Positions 8,592-17,723 of a stretch of 41,422 bases of DNA are shown here, one piece after another. The translations under genes were made by a program, and so were the position numbers. How positions within the stretch are numbered: the first letter of the stretch is position 1; every line of letters begins with the position of its first letter. Source of the stretch: Phycisphaeraceae bacterium (lineage in GTDB: Bacteria; Planctomycetota; Phycisphaerae; Phycisphaerales; SM1A02); contig JBEIFT010000001.1 in NCBI GenBank assembly GCA_040382255.1, forward strand, positions 1 to 41,422. The letters run 5' to 3'. Under the pieces are notes generated by a model. That model did no database searches. It was given only the letters and a program-made list of their open reading frames with translations, and was not told the DNA's origin.

Positions 8592-8689
8592 TTCCCGGGA
8601 CGTTTGGAACCGATGATTTCGCACGGGGGCACCGCTGACAGTGCCGATAGCCTCGGCAATGGGTCGCCCGCTGCCCCGTTGAGCCATCG

Positions 8690-11203
8690 ATGGTCGCACA
8701 ACTCCTGGCCGCCGCCGTCCTCTCCGCCGCCCCGCCCACGGGCAAGGCGATGGCCGTCCCCACGGCGGCGCAGATCGAGTTCTTCGAGAAGAACGTGCGG
8801 CCGGTGCTGGCCGACCACTGCTACCGCTGCCACTCGGAGAAGGCAGACAAGGTGCGCGGGGGCCTGAAGGTCGACACGCTGGCCGCGCTGCTGGCCGGCG
8901 GCGCCGGCGGCCCGGCCGTCGTGCCCGGCGACCTGTCGCACAGCCTGCTGATCCAGGCCGTGCGCTGGAACGACAAGGACCTGCAGATGCCGCCGAAGGC
9001 GAAGCTGCCGGACGCGGCCATCGCGGCGCTCGAGCAGTGGGTGCGCATGGGAGCGCCGCATCCCGACGCGACGAAGCCCGCCGACGCATCGGCACCCCCG
9101 CCCGCACGCACCACCGGAATCGACATCGAGAAGGGCCGGGAGTTCTGGTCCTTCCGCCCGCCGGTGAAGCTGGACCCGCCGCGCACGAAGGACCTGACCT
9201 GGGCACGTTCGCCGATCGACGGCTTCCTCCTTGCAGGACTTGACGCCAATGACCTGAAGCCCGCACCCGACGCCGATCGGCCCACGCTGATCCGGCGCCT
9301 GTCGTTCGACCTGATCGGCCTGCCGCCGACGCCCGAGGAGGCCGAAGCGTTCGTGCGCGACCGTTCCTCGGACGCCTACGAGAAGCTGGTCGATCGGCTG
9401 CTCGCCTCGCCGCGGTTCGGCGAGCGCTGGGGGCGCCACTGGCTGGACGTCGCGCGCTACGCGGAATCCAGCGGCAAGGAGGCGAACGTCGTCTACCCGC
9501 ACGCGTGGCGGTACCGCGACTGGGTGATCGCGGCCTTCAACGCCGACGAGCCCTACGACCGCTTCCTGCGCCGCCAGCTGGCCGGGGACCTGCTGCAGGC
9601 GAAGAGCGCCGACGAGCGCGCGGCGAACCTGATCGCGACCGGGTACCTGGCGATCGGCACCAAGGGGCACAACACGCGCGGCAAGCCGCAGTTCGCGATG
9701 GACCTGGCCGACGAGCAGATCGACGCGGTCGGCCAGGGCATCCTGGGCGTGACGATCGCCTGCGCGCGCTGCCACGACCACAAGTTCGACCCGATCCCGC
9801 AGCGTGACTACTACGCGCTGGCCGGCGTCTTCCTGAGCACGGACACCGAGTACGGCACCTACCGCACGCAGCAGAACAACCATCCCGCGACGCTCGCGAG
9901 CCTGCCGAGCGCCGCCGCCCTGCCCGACGGCCCCACGATGCCCACCGTGCTGCGCCAGTTCTACGCGCAGCAGGTCGAGCGCGCGAAGTCCGAGTCCGCC
10001 GAGGCCGAGCAGCTGAAGGCGAAGGCGCGCGACGCGATGAAGGCCGGCGCCGCCCGCGGCAACGCGCTGACGCCGCAGGAGCAGCAGCGCCTGCAGCGCG
10101 CGCGCGACGCCGATGCAGTGCTGGAGGCCGCGTCCGACGTGCTGGCGCGGTTCGACGAGTCGGGCAAGCCGACGAAGGCCAACCGACTGGCGATGGCCGT
10201 GACGGACCGCGACGCGCCGATCAACGCGAAGCTGCTGCAGCGCGGCGAGATCGACAAGCCCGGCCCGGTGGTGCCCCGCGGCTTCCCGCAGGTCCTGACG
10301 GCAACCGGTACGCCTCCGGTCGCCGAAGGAAGCGGCCGCCTGCAGCTGGCGGACTGGATCACGGCGCGCGGCAACCCCCTAACCGCCCGCGTCTGGGCCA
10401 ACCGCATCTGGCTGCACCTGATGGGCAAGGGCCTCGTGCCGACGCCCGACAACTTCGGCGCCAGCGGCACCCGCCCGGCCAACCAGGCGCTGCTGGACTG
10501 GCTGGCCGTCGACCTGATGGAGCACGACTGGTCCACGAAGTCGCTCATCCGCACGATCGTGACGAGCCACGCGTACCGGATGTCCAGCCGCGCCGACCGC
10601 GCAGCGCTGGATGTCGACCCCGACGACACGCTGTGGTGGCGGATGCCCAAGCGACGCCTGGACGCCGAAGCCATCCGTGACGCGATGCTGATGGCGGCCG
10701 GCACGCTGGACCTGAACCCGCCCGTGGGATCGCCGGTCGCGCTGCTCGAGGGCGGCGACCGAAACCCGATCGTGAACCGACTGCTCTCGGCCGACAGCCC
10801 GCAGCGCTCGGTCTACCTGCCGGTCCTGCGCGACCACGTCGACGAGATGCTCGACCTCTTCGACTTCGCCGAGCCCGCCTACGTCAGCGGCGACCGCGAC
10901 GAGACCAGCGTCCCGACGCAGGCGCTCTACTTGATGAACAGCGAGCGCGTGACCAAGGCCGCGCTGGCCATGGCCGACCGGCTGCTGGCGCTGAAGGCGT
11001 CGGACGCCGAACGCGTCGAGCGCGCGTTCCAGCTCTGCTACGGGCGCAGGCCGAGCACGTCGGAGATGTCCGCCGTGAAGCGGTTCTTCGGCGACTTCCC
11101 CGCCGCGCAGGCCGCAAAGGACGTGCGCACCACCCAGCGCCAGGGGTGGGCCGCGTTCTGCCAGGCGCTCTTCCAGGCCGCCGAATTCCGCATGATCGAC
11201 TGA
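8690..11203 (+). CDS. PSCyt1/PSCyt2(DUF1549)/PSD1(DUF1553) domain protein
   Basis: N-terminal planctomycete cytochrome-c block FFEKNVRPVLADHCYRCHS (CxxCH). DUF1549-like PIDGFLLAGL. DUF1553-like block GVTIACARCHDHKFDPIPQRDYYALAGVF. No alternative in-frame start upstream before a TAG. Confidence 0.9.
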   Translation: MVAQLLAAAVLSAAPPTGKAMAVPTAAQIEFFEKNVRPVLADHCYRCHSEKADKVRGGLKVDTLAALLAGGAGGPAVVPGDLSHSLLIQAVRWNDKDLQMPPKAKLPDAAIAALEQWVRMGAPHPDATKPADASAPPPARTTGIDIEKGREFWSFRPPVKLDPPRTKDLTWARSPIDGFLLAGLDANDLKPAPDADRPTLIRRLSFDLIGLPPTPEEAEAFVRDRSSDAYEKLVDRLLASPRFGERWGRHWLDVARYAESSGKEANVVYPHAWRYRDWVIAAFNADEPYDRFLRRQLAGDLLQAKSADERAANLIATGYLAIGTKGHNTRGKPQFAMDLADEQIDAVGQGILGVTIACARCHDHKFDPIPQRDYYALAGVFLSTDTEYGTYRTQQNNHPATLASLPSAAALPDGPTMPTVLRQFYAQQVERAKSESAEAEQLKAKARDAMKAGAARGNALTPQEQQRLQRARDADAVLEAASDVLARFDESGKPTKANRLAMAVTDRDAPINAKLLQRGEIDKPGPVVPRGFPQVLTATGTPPVAEGSGRLQLADWITARGNPLTARVWANRIWLHLMGKGLVPTPDNFGASGTRPANQALLDWLAVDLMEHDWSTKSLIRTIVTSHAYRMSSRADRAALDVDPDDTLWWRMPKRRLDAEAIRDAMLMAAGTLDLNPPVGSPVALLEGGDRNPIVNRLLSADSPQRSVYLPVLRDHVDEMLDLFDFAEPAYVSGDRDETSVPTQALYLMNSERVTKAALAMADRLLALKASDAERVERAFQLCYGRRPSTSEMSAVKRFFGDFPAAQAAKDVRTTQRQGWAAFCQALFQAAEFRMID

Positions 11204-11217
11204 ACAGGAGCCCCACG

Positions 11218-12642
11218 ATGCACCTCTGCAACAACCGCATCACCGCCCAGGGCCGCCGCGACATGCTGCGGGCGCTCTCGTGCGGCTTCGGCTTCCTGGC
11301 GTTCGCGGGGATCGCCCAGCGCGCCGCCGGCGCGACGCGCCTGTGGATGCCGGGCGACGACGACGCCAACCCGCTGGCGCCCAGGCAGCCGATGCTCCCG
11401 GCGAAGGCGAAGCGCGTGATCTTCCTGTGCATGTCGGGCGGTCCGTCGCACGTCGATACCTTTGACTACAAGCCGGGCCTGATCACGGACGACGGCAAGG
11501 GCCTGGGCGGCGTGCGCGCCGGGGCCAAGCTGCTGGCGAGCCCCTGGAAGTTCCGCCAGCACGGCAAGGGCGGCCTGTGGATCAGCGACCTCTTCCCCGA
11601 GCTGGCGAAGCACGCCGACGAGATGTGCCTGCTGCGCGGCATGCACACCGCGGTGCCGGCGCACGCGCAGGCGCAGGTCATGATGCACACCGGCAGCTTC
11701 CAGTTCGTGCGGCCCTCGATGGGCGCCTGGACGCTCTACGGCCTTGGCACGGTGAACCAGAACCTGCCCGGCTTCATCACCCTGAACCCGCCCTCCGGGA
11801 ACGGCGGCGCGCAGAACTACGGGTCGGCCTTCCTGCCGGCCGTCTACCAGGGCACGCGCGTCGGCATCGAGCGCAACGCGCGCCGCGCCGCGGGCAGCAC
11901 GGGCGGCATGCCCAACCTGGACAACACCGTCCTCACCGACGCCGCCCAGCGCAAGCAGCTGGACCTGGTGCAGGCCCTGAACCGCGAGCGCCAGCGCCGC
12001 GACCGCAGCGACGACCAGGTGGACGGCGTCATCGAGAGCTACGAACTGGCCTTCCGCATGCAGGCCGAGATGCCCGACCTGATGGACCTCTCCGACGAGA
12101 AACCCAAGACGCTCGAGGCGTACGGCATCGGCACGGGCCGCGACGACTTCGCGCGCCAGTGCCTGCTGGCGCGTCGCTTCGCCGAGAAGGGCGTCCGGTT
12201 CATCGAGGTCAACCACGGCGGCTGGGACACGCACCGCAACCTGCGCGACGACCTGGCCAAGCAGGCGGCCGAGATCGACCGCCCGATCGCCGCGCTGCTG
12301 ACGGACCTGAAGCAGCGCGGGCTGCTGCGCGACACGCTCGTCGTCTGGGGCGGTGAGTTCGGACGGACCCCCTACGCCCAGAACGGCGACGGCCGCGACC
12401 ACAACAGCAAGGGCTTCACGATGTGGATGGCGGGCGGCGGCGTCAAGGGCGGCTTCAGCTACGGGTCCACCGACGACCACGGCATCGAGGCCGTCGACGG
12501 CAAGATGGACATCCACGACTGGCACGCGACCATCCTGCGCCTGCTGGGCATGGACCACGAGAAGCTCACCTACCGCTGGGCGGGCCGCGACTTCCGCCTG
12601 ACCGAGGTCTACGGCAGCGTCCACGACGGGATCTTCGCCTGA
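11218..12642 (+). CDS. DUF1501 (sulfatase-like) protein with Tat-type signal
   Basis: ATG 11218 with AGGAG 7 nt upstream. Twin-arginine leader GRRDMLRALSCGFGFLAFAG. Characteristic VIFLCMSGGPSHVDTFDYKP and WGGEFGRTP blocks. 14 nt after the DUF1553 gene. Confidence 0.9.
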   Translation: MHLCNNRITAQGRRDMLRALSCGFGFLAFAGIAQRAAGATRLWMPGDDDANPLAPRQPMLPAKAKRVIFLCMSGGPSHVDTFDYKPGLITDDGKGLGGVRAGAKLLASPWKFRQHGKGGLWISDLFPELAKHADEMCLLRGMHTAVPAHAQAQVMMHTGSFQFVRPSMGAWTLYGLGTVNQNLPGFITLNPPSGNGGAQNYGSAFLPAVYQGTRVGIERNARRAAGSTGGMPNLDNTVLTDAAQRKQLDLVQALNRERQRRDRSDDQVDGVIESYELAFRMQAEMPDLMDLSDEKPKTLEAYGIGTGRDDFARQCLLARRFAEKGVRFIEVNHGGWDTHRNLRDDLAKQAAEIDRPIAALLTDLKQRGLLRDTLVVWGGEFGRTPYAQNGDGRDHNSKGFTMWMAGGGVKGGFSYGSTDDHGIEAVDGKMDIHDWHATILRLLGMDHEKLTYRWAGRDFRLTEVYGSVHDGIFA

Positions 12643-12655
12643 CCCGGGAAATTCC

Positions 12656-13201
12656 GTGGCGGGGCGCAAACCGCCGGCCCCTCCGTGCGTGATGATGGTG
12701 CCCGTGCACCACGCCGAGTCGACCAGCATCCTCTACGCCGAGCAGCGCCAGGGCCTGTTCGCGGTGGCGCTGGCGATCGTCCGGGATGCCGCGCTGGCCG
12801 AGGACGCCGTGCACGACGGCGTGCACCGCGTGCTGGCGCGCGGCCGCCCACCCGAGGGCGACCCGGTCGCGTTCCTGTACGCCTCGGTGCGGAACGCCGC
12901 GATCGACCTGACGCGCCGCCGACGCGTGCGCCGGGCGGCACCGCTGGAAGAAGCGTTGTTCGACGACCGGCAGGCCGACCCCCTCCTGCGCGCGATCGAT
13001 CGCGAGATGGCCGAACGCCTGCGCCGCGCGATCGAGGCACTGACCCCGGAACAGCGCGAGGTGATCGTGCTGCGGTCCGTCGCGCGGCTGGGATTCGAGC
13101 AGATCGCCACCGTGTGCGGCGTCCCGCTGGGGACCGTCGCCGCCCGCTACCACCGCGCGGTCGCCGCGCTTCGCGCCCAGATCCAGGAGACGCTCGCATG
13201 A
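12656..13201 (+). CDS. ECF-type RNA polymerase sigma factor
   Basis: Region 2-like LFAVALAIVRDAALAEDAVHDGV...FLYASVRNAAIDLTRRRR. Region 4 HTH LTPEQREVIVLRSVARLGFEQIATVCGVPLGTVAARYHRA. GTG start at 12656, 13 nt after the DUF1501 stop; an in-frame ATG at 12692 is an alternative. Confidence 0.85.
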   Translation: MAGRKPPAPPCVMMVPVHHAESTSILYAEQRQGLFAVALAIVRDAALAEDAVHDGVHRVLARGRPPEGDPVAFLYASVRNAAIDLTRRRRVRRAAPLEEALFDDRQADPLLRAIDREMAERLRRAIEALTPEQREVIVLRSVARLGFEQIATVCGVPLGTVAARYHRAVAALRAQIQETLA

Positions 13202-13644
13202 ACGCCCCCGATCCCTCGCCCGCACTGCTGCCGACGGCCGACCTCGAGATCGAACGCCTGGTCTCCGCGCTTCCGTTCCGGCGCCCCGGCAACGGTCTGG
13301 ATGCGCGCATCGCGGCCACGGCCGGCTTCGAATCGCGCCCGGTGCTCCACCGGATGAGCTGGCCGGCGGCCGCCGCCGCGCTCTTCCTGCTTGGATGTGG
13401 CCTGGTCGCCGGCTGGATGGCGCGCGGCATCACCCCCACCAACTGGCGATCGGACGGCGTCCAGTGGGAGTCCGCGGGGCTGCGCGACCTGGGCGACGGC
13501 GTGCTGGCCGGCGGCCAGGTCGTGCGCCAGGCCGAGGCGCAGTACCTTCGCATCGAGCGCTTCCGCGACCCCACGACGGGTGCCACGTTCGAGGTCCGCA
13601 CGATCGAACCACGTCTCATCATCGGCCGCCCGCGCGCGGATTGA
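13198..13644 (+). CDS. putative anti-sigma factor (single TM, no zinc-binding ZAS motif)
   Basis: The ATG overlaps the sigma stop (ATGA at 13198-13201). It has one TM helix, WPAAAAALFLLGCGLVAGWMA. The call rests on position and topology only. Confidence 0.55.
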   Translation: MNAPDPSPALLPTADLEIERLVSALPFRRPGNGLDARIAATAGFESRPVLHRMSWPAAAAALFLLGCGLVAGWMARGITPTNWRSDGVQWESAGLRDLGDGVLAGGQVVRQAEAQYLRIERFRDPTTGATFEVRTIEPRLIIGRPRAD

Positions 13645-13698
13645 CGCGGCGGGCATCCTTCGTACGCTTCGAACCCAAACCCACGAGGACACCACCCC

Positions 13699-14781
13699 AT
13701 GCACACCCTGCTTGTCTCCCTTGTCGCGGCGTTCGCCGCATCCTGTGCGGCGCCGCCGCAGGCGACTCCGGACTCCGACGCCATGCTCAAGGATCTGATG
13801 AGGACCGAGCTCGCGGCGATCAAGGCCATGGGCAACGAGGACACGATCGTCGTCCGGCGTACCGCCGAGGTGGTCGCGGGCATGCCGCTCGACGAGTCCG
13901 CGATGGAGGACGCGCCGTTCGCAGGCCTGCGCTTGGTGGAGCTGGCGCCGGAGACCGCGGCGCAGCTGCCGATCATGCCCGGGTCGGGCCTGCTGGTCAG
14001 CGACGTCGTGGCCGACGGCCCCGCGGCCGGCGCCGGCATGAAGGCCATGGACGTGATCGCGAAGGTCGGCGACCAGATCGTGGTCAACGCCGACCAGTTC
14101 CGCGTGCTGGTCCGCTCGCGCAAGGCGGGCGACGCGATGCCCGTCACGGTCTACCGTGGCGGCAAGGAGATGACCGTGACGATCCCGCTGGGTTCGCGCA
14201 AGCAGCCGAAGCTTGGGCCGGGAGGCCGCATCGCCGGTGCCGGTTTCGAGACCGACGGCGACGTCGTGGTGATGGATGCGGCCGGAGGCCAGAATGCACG
14301 GCTCTGGCGTGCCGGGCTCGCCCCCGCCACCCAGGTTGCGACGATGCGCGGACCCAACGGCGAGGTGATGGTGATGGTCAACGCCGACAGCCAGGCGATG
14401 GCGACGGGGAACGCGGCCACGCCGCCCGCACCGAACACGCCGGGCGCCACGGCAAGGTCGCGCACCGTCTCCAATGCGGTGTACACCGATGAGCACGCGA
14501 AGATTTCGTGGACGACGACGAACGGCGTCGATGCGGTCGTGGTCACGGACCTGGACGCCGACAAGGTCGTCTGGGAAGGCGCCACCGCCCCGGATGCCGC
14601 AGCGATGGCGAGCTTCGGCGCCGAGGTCCGCGCGTCCGTCCAGCGCATGCTGGAGGGGCGCGCCGCCGCCGAGGCACGCCGCCCGCGCGTGGAGCCGGGC
14701 ATGACGCTGCCGCCCGCGGCGCCCGCGAGGCCCAAGCCCGGCGAGGCATCGCAGCCTGCGCCGTCGCCCGTCGACACCTGA
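13699..14781 (+). CDS. PDZ-domain lipoprotein
   Basis: Lipobox LVAAFAASC. PDZ-like segment GLRLVELAPETAAQLPIMPGSGLLVSDVVADGPAAGAGMKAMDVIAKVGDQIVVNADQFRVLVRSRKAGDAMPVTVYRGGKEMTVTI. Confidence 0.75.
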   Translation: MHTLLVSLVAAFAASCAAPPQATPDSDAMLKDLMRTELAAIKAMGNEDTIVVRRTAEVVAGMPLDESAMEDAPFAGLRLVELAPETAAQLPIMPGSGLLVSDVVADGPAAGAGMKAMDVIAKVGDQIVVNADQFRVLVRSRKAGDAMPVTVYRGGKEMTVTIPLGSRKQPKLGPGGRIAGAGFETDGDVVVMDAAGGQNARLWRAGLAPATQVATMRGPNGEVMVMVNADSQAMATGNAATPPAPNTPGATARSRTVSNAVYTDEHAKISWTTTNGVDAVVVTDLDADKVVWEGATAPDAAAMASFGAEVRASVQRMLEGRAAAEARRPRVEPGMTLPPAAPARPKPGEASQPAPSPVDT

Positions 14782-14802
14782 GTCCGGCGAGCACCCCGAT
14801 CA

Positions 14803-14847
14803 CCGCCGGACGGGTACGCACCGCCGCGCCCGTCCGGCGGTCATTTC
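14803..14847 (+). terminator. GC hairpin, possible terminator or attenuator after the PDZ gene
   Basis: Perfect 12-bp stem CCGCCGGACGGG (14803-14814) / CCCGTCCGGCGG (14829-14840) with a 14-nt loop, followed by a weak T-tract TCATTTCC. Confidence 0.4.
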
Positions 14848-14865
14848 CGCCATAATGCGCGCCCC

Positions 14866-16374
14866 ATGACCACCACCCTTGCCGCGATCGGATGGCCGGA
14901 CCTGCTCGTGGTGGTCGGCCTTGCGTACGCCGCCGTGATCGGCGTTCGCCAGCTGGCATCGGGCCAGGTGACCGTCGGCCTGGGCCTGCTCGCCATGGCG
15001 ATCTTCGGCACGCTGAGCTGGGCCGGCGCCGAGGTCGACCTGCCGATCAAGGTCGAGTCGGAAACGGTGGATGCGCCGCTCCTGCGGACGCTTGCGGAGC
15101 TCGGGGCGGTCGTCGCCGGCGCGGGCATCGCGGTCAACGCCCTGCGCGCGCTGCGGACCTACCGCGGCCAGGACGACTTCCTGCGCTTCCACCGCACGCT
15201 GATCTTCGTCGGCGTGATCGTGCTGGGACTGATCGCGCTCTACGAATGGCACTTCGCCGAACGCCTTCCGATCCGCACCACGATCCTGAGCCTGGGCGGC
15301 GCCGCCGTGTTCATCGTGGGCTTGGCGATGCAGACGACGCTCGGCAACATGTTCGCGGGCTACGAGCTGCAGTCCGAGCGGATCATCCGCAAGGGCGACA
15401 TGGTGCAGATGGGGCGCGGGGGCGTGATCGGCCACGTCGCCGAGAGCACGCTGCGGACCACCTCGATCGTGACGCGCGACGGGCAGTGGCTGGTGCTGCG
15501 CAACCAGGACATCCTGGCCAAGGACTTCATGGTGCTGGACCGCCCGACGCGCGCGCTGCGCCAGTTGGTGCCGTTCGGTGTGGCGTACGAGGCTCCGCCC
15601 GCGATCGTGAAGGACGTCGCGCTCGGGGTGCTTCGCGGCGACCCGCACGTCATGGCGGACCCGGCACCTTGGGTTGAACTGACCGGCTTCGGCGACTCGT
15701 CGATCAGCTACTCGATGCGGTTCTGGATCGCGGACGTCCGCGTGGAGGAAGAGACCCTGGACAGGGTCAGGACGCGGCTGTGGTATGCGCTGCGGGACGC
15801 CGGCATCGACATCCCGTTCCCGATCCGCACCGTGCGGATGACCTCGATGGACGACGAGCGCGCCCGAGCGCAGGCGACCGAGGACGCCGCCGGGCGCGCC
15901 GCGCGCACGCTGGCGGCGTGCGACCTGTTCGACGAGCGCGCGATCACGTCCGCGGAGCGCCGCGAGATCGCCCGCGATGCCGTGGAGCTGGTGTTCGGCG
16001 CCGACGACCTGATCGTGCGCCGCGGCGACCGCTCGGACACGATGTTCGTCGTGGCGGCGGGAACCTGCACCGTCCGGCTGCCGGACGGCGGCCAGGTACG
16101 GATCCCCGCGGGGGGGCACTTCGGCGAGATCGCGCTGATGCGCCAGGAACTGCGCACCGCGGACGTCGTGGCCGGCCAGGGCGGCGCGACCGTGCTGCGG
16201 CTGCCACGACCGAGCGTGGCGCCCGTCCTGCTTCGCCGACCGGACCTCCGAGACAAGCTGGGCACCATCGTGCAGGAGCGGCTGGAGGCCACGGGGATCC
16301 TTCCGGCGGGCAGCGGCCCGAAGCGCCGCGCGAACCCCCTGCTGGCCGCGTTGCGGTTCCTGCGCCCCTGGTGA
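14866..16374 (+). CDS. MscS-family mechanosensitive channel with a C-terminal cyclic-nucleotide-binding domain (bCNG-like)
   Basis: MscS core LGNMFAGYELQSERIIRKGDMVQM...STLRTTSIVTRDGQWLVLRN...ISYSMRFWI. The C-terminal cNMP-binding fold includes GDRSDTMFVVAAGTC...GGHFGEIALM...RTADVVA. Confidence 0.85.
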   Translation: MTTTLAAIGWPDLLVVVGLAYAAVIGVRQLASGQVTVGLGLLAMAIFGTLSWAGAEVDLPIKVESETVDAPLLRTLAELGAVVAGAGIAVNALRALRTYRGQDDFLRFHRTLIFVGVIVLGLIALYEWHFAERLPIRTTILSLGGAAVFIVGLAMQTTLGNMFAGYELQSERIIRKGDMVQMGRGGVIGHVAESTLRTTSIVTRDGQWLVLRNQDILAKDFMVLDRPTRALRQLVPFGVAYEAPPAIVKDVALGVLRGDPHVMADPAPWVELTGFGDSSISYSMRFWIADVRVEEETLDRVRTRLWYALRDAGIDIPFPIRTVRMTSMDDERARAQATEDAAGRAARTLAACDLFDERAITSAERREIARDAVELVFGADDLIVRRGDRSDTMFVVAAGTCTVRLPDGGQVRIPAGGHFGEIALMRQELRTADVVAGQGGATVLRLPRPSVAPVLLRRPDLRDKLGTIVQERLEATGILPAGSGPKRRANPLLAALRFLRPW

Positions 16375-16413
16375 CCGTGCGGCGCCGCCGCGTCCGTACA
16401 CTGGCGCGCGACC

Positions 16414-17712
16414 ATGTCCATCTCCACCGAGCTTCCCGCCGTCACGGCCGCCGACCTGCAGCCCCAACCGGGCGAGGACCAGCCGACAGCGGTCCTGCGG
16501 GTGGTCGGCGCCGCGGGCGGCATCGCCCAGGTGCTGCGCCCCAACGGCCGCCCCGGCAGCGTGATCATCACCGACGCCGCGCTCATCCGGCAGCTGCTGC
16601 TCCGCGGGTCGATGGAGGAGGAGGTCAGCCTCATCCGGAACTTCTCGCTGCGCACGTCGGCGCCGCACGGACTGATCTCGCTGGTCGGCGCCGAGCACCG
16701 CAAGGTGCGCGTCGCGATGGCCCCGTGCTTCCGCGGCGCAGGACTGGCACCGCTGCAGGCCGCGCTGGAGCGCCGCCTGGAGGACGGGATCGCCGCATGG
16801 CCCACGGGCGTGCCCGTCAAGGCCGGCGACCTGATGCTTGACCTGCTGACCCGCGTGTTCTTCGAATGGGTGCTGGGCCCGCAGCAGCGCCACCACGAGG
16901 ATGACCTGGTCGCGGCACAGAAGGCGCTGCTGGAGGTCTTCCACCATGCGGTCCCCGACCTGAACCAGCTGTGGCCCACGCCCGGCGAGGAAGGCCCGGT
17001 GACCTTCGACGACACCGTGAACCGCTTCTTCCGTCTGCGCACGCTCATCTCGGAGGCCGTCGAGCGCGGACCGTCCGGCATGATGGCCGAGCTGGACCGA
17101 TCGCTGCCGCCCCAGGGCGAGGGCCTGCCGCGCAGCGCGCAGCTGACGGACCACGCGATCCACCTGCTGCTGGCGGGCCTGGACACCGTGTCTCAGATGA
17201 GCGCGCTGCTGCTGCACCACCTGGGACAGTCCGAACATGCGGTGGAGACGCTGGCCGCCGAGGCGTCCAGCGGCATCGCCGAGCCCCCGTACACCGAGGC
17301 GGTGATCAAGGAGATCGTCCGCCTCTACGCAGGCGTGCCGGTCGCGGTGCGCGTCTCGGGCGCGCCCATCGAGCTGCGCGGCTGCACCATCCCGACGCAT
17401 CGCCCGATCATGGCGTTCCTGGTGTGCATGCAGCGCGACGAGCGCTCCTTCGAGCGCGCACTTGAGTACCTGCCGGAACGCTGGATCGAGGGCAGCCCCC
17501 TGCGCATGGACCAGAGCGCATACATGCCGTTCGGCACCGGTCCGCACATCTGCATCGGCGAGACCGCCGCGAAGCTCATCATGCGCCGCACCATCCCGGC
17601 GATCTGCAGGCGGTTCCGCGTCGAATCGTGCGCACAGGGCGTCGTGCCCGTGCTCATCCGCATCGTCGCCCTGCCGCTGCATCCGCCACGGGTCATCCTG
17701 CGGGCCCGCTGA
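16414..17712 (+). CDS. cytochrome P450
   Basis: Heme-thiolate loop FGTGPHICIGE, I-helix LLLAGLDTVS and ExxR as EIVRL. 39 nt after the MscS stop. Confidence 0.9.
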   Translation: MSISTELPAVTAADLQPQPGEDQPTAVLRVVGAAGGIAQVLRPNGRPGSVIITDAALIRQLLLRGSMEEEVSLIRNFSLRTSAPHGLISLVGAEHRKVRVAMAPCFRGAGLAPLQAALERRLEDGIAAWPTGVPVKAGDLMLDLLTRVFFEWVLGPQQRHHEDDLVAAQKALLEVFHHAVPDLNQLWPTPGEEGPVTFDDTVNRFFRLRTLISEAVERGPSGMMAELDRSLPPQGEGLPRSAQLTDHAIHLLLAGLDTVSQMSALLLHHLGQSEHAVETLAAEASSGIAEPPYTEAVIKEIVRLYAGVPVAVRVSGAPIELRGCTIPTHRPIMAFLVCMQRDERSFERALEYLPERWIEGSPLRMDQSAYMPFGTGPHICIGETAAKLIMRRTIPAICRRFRVESCAQGVVPVLIRIVALPLHPPRVILRAR

Positions 17713-17723
17713 CCGAGCTGCCC

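Noticed and set aside
8592-8689. ECF-type promoter (GGAAC -35 box at about 8605) or sigma-54-like element upstream of the DUF1553 gene.
   Set aside because: No matching -10 element (CGTC-like) lies at the right spacing, and there is no proper GG-N10-GC pair. A single pentamer is not evidence.
16375-16413. Mini precursor-peptide ORF (biarylitide-like MxYxH) directly upstream of the P450.
   Set aside because: The 39-nt spacer contains no short ATG-initiated ORF with Tyr/His codons followed by a stop.
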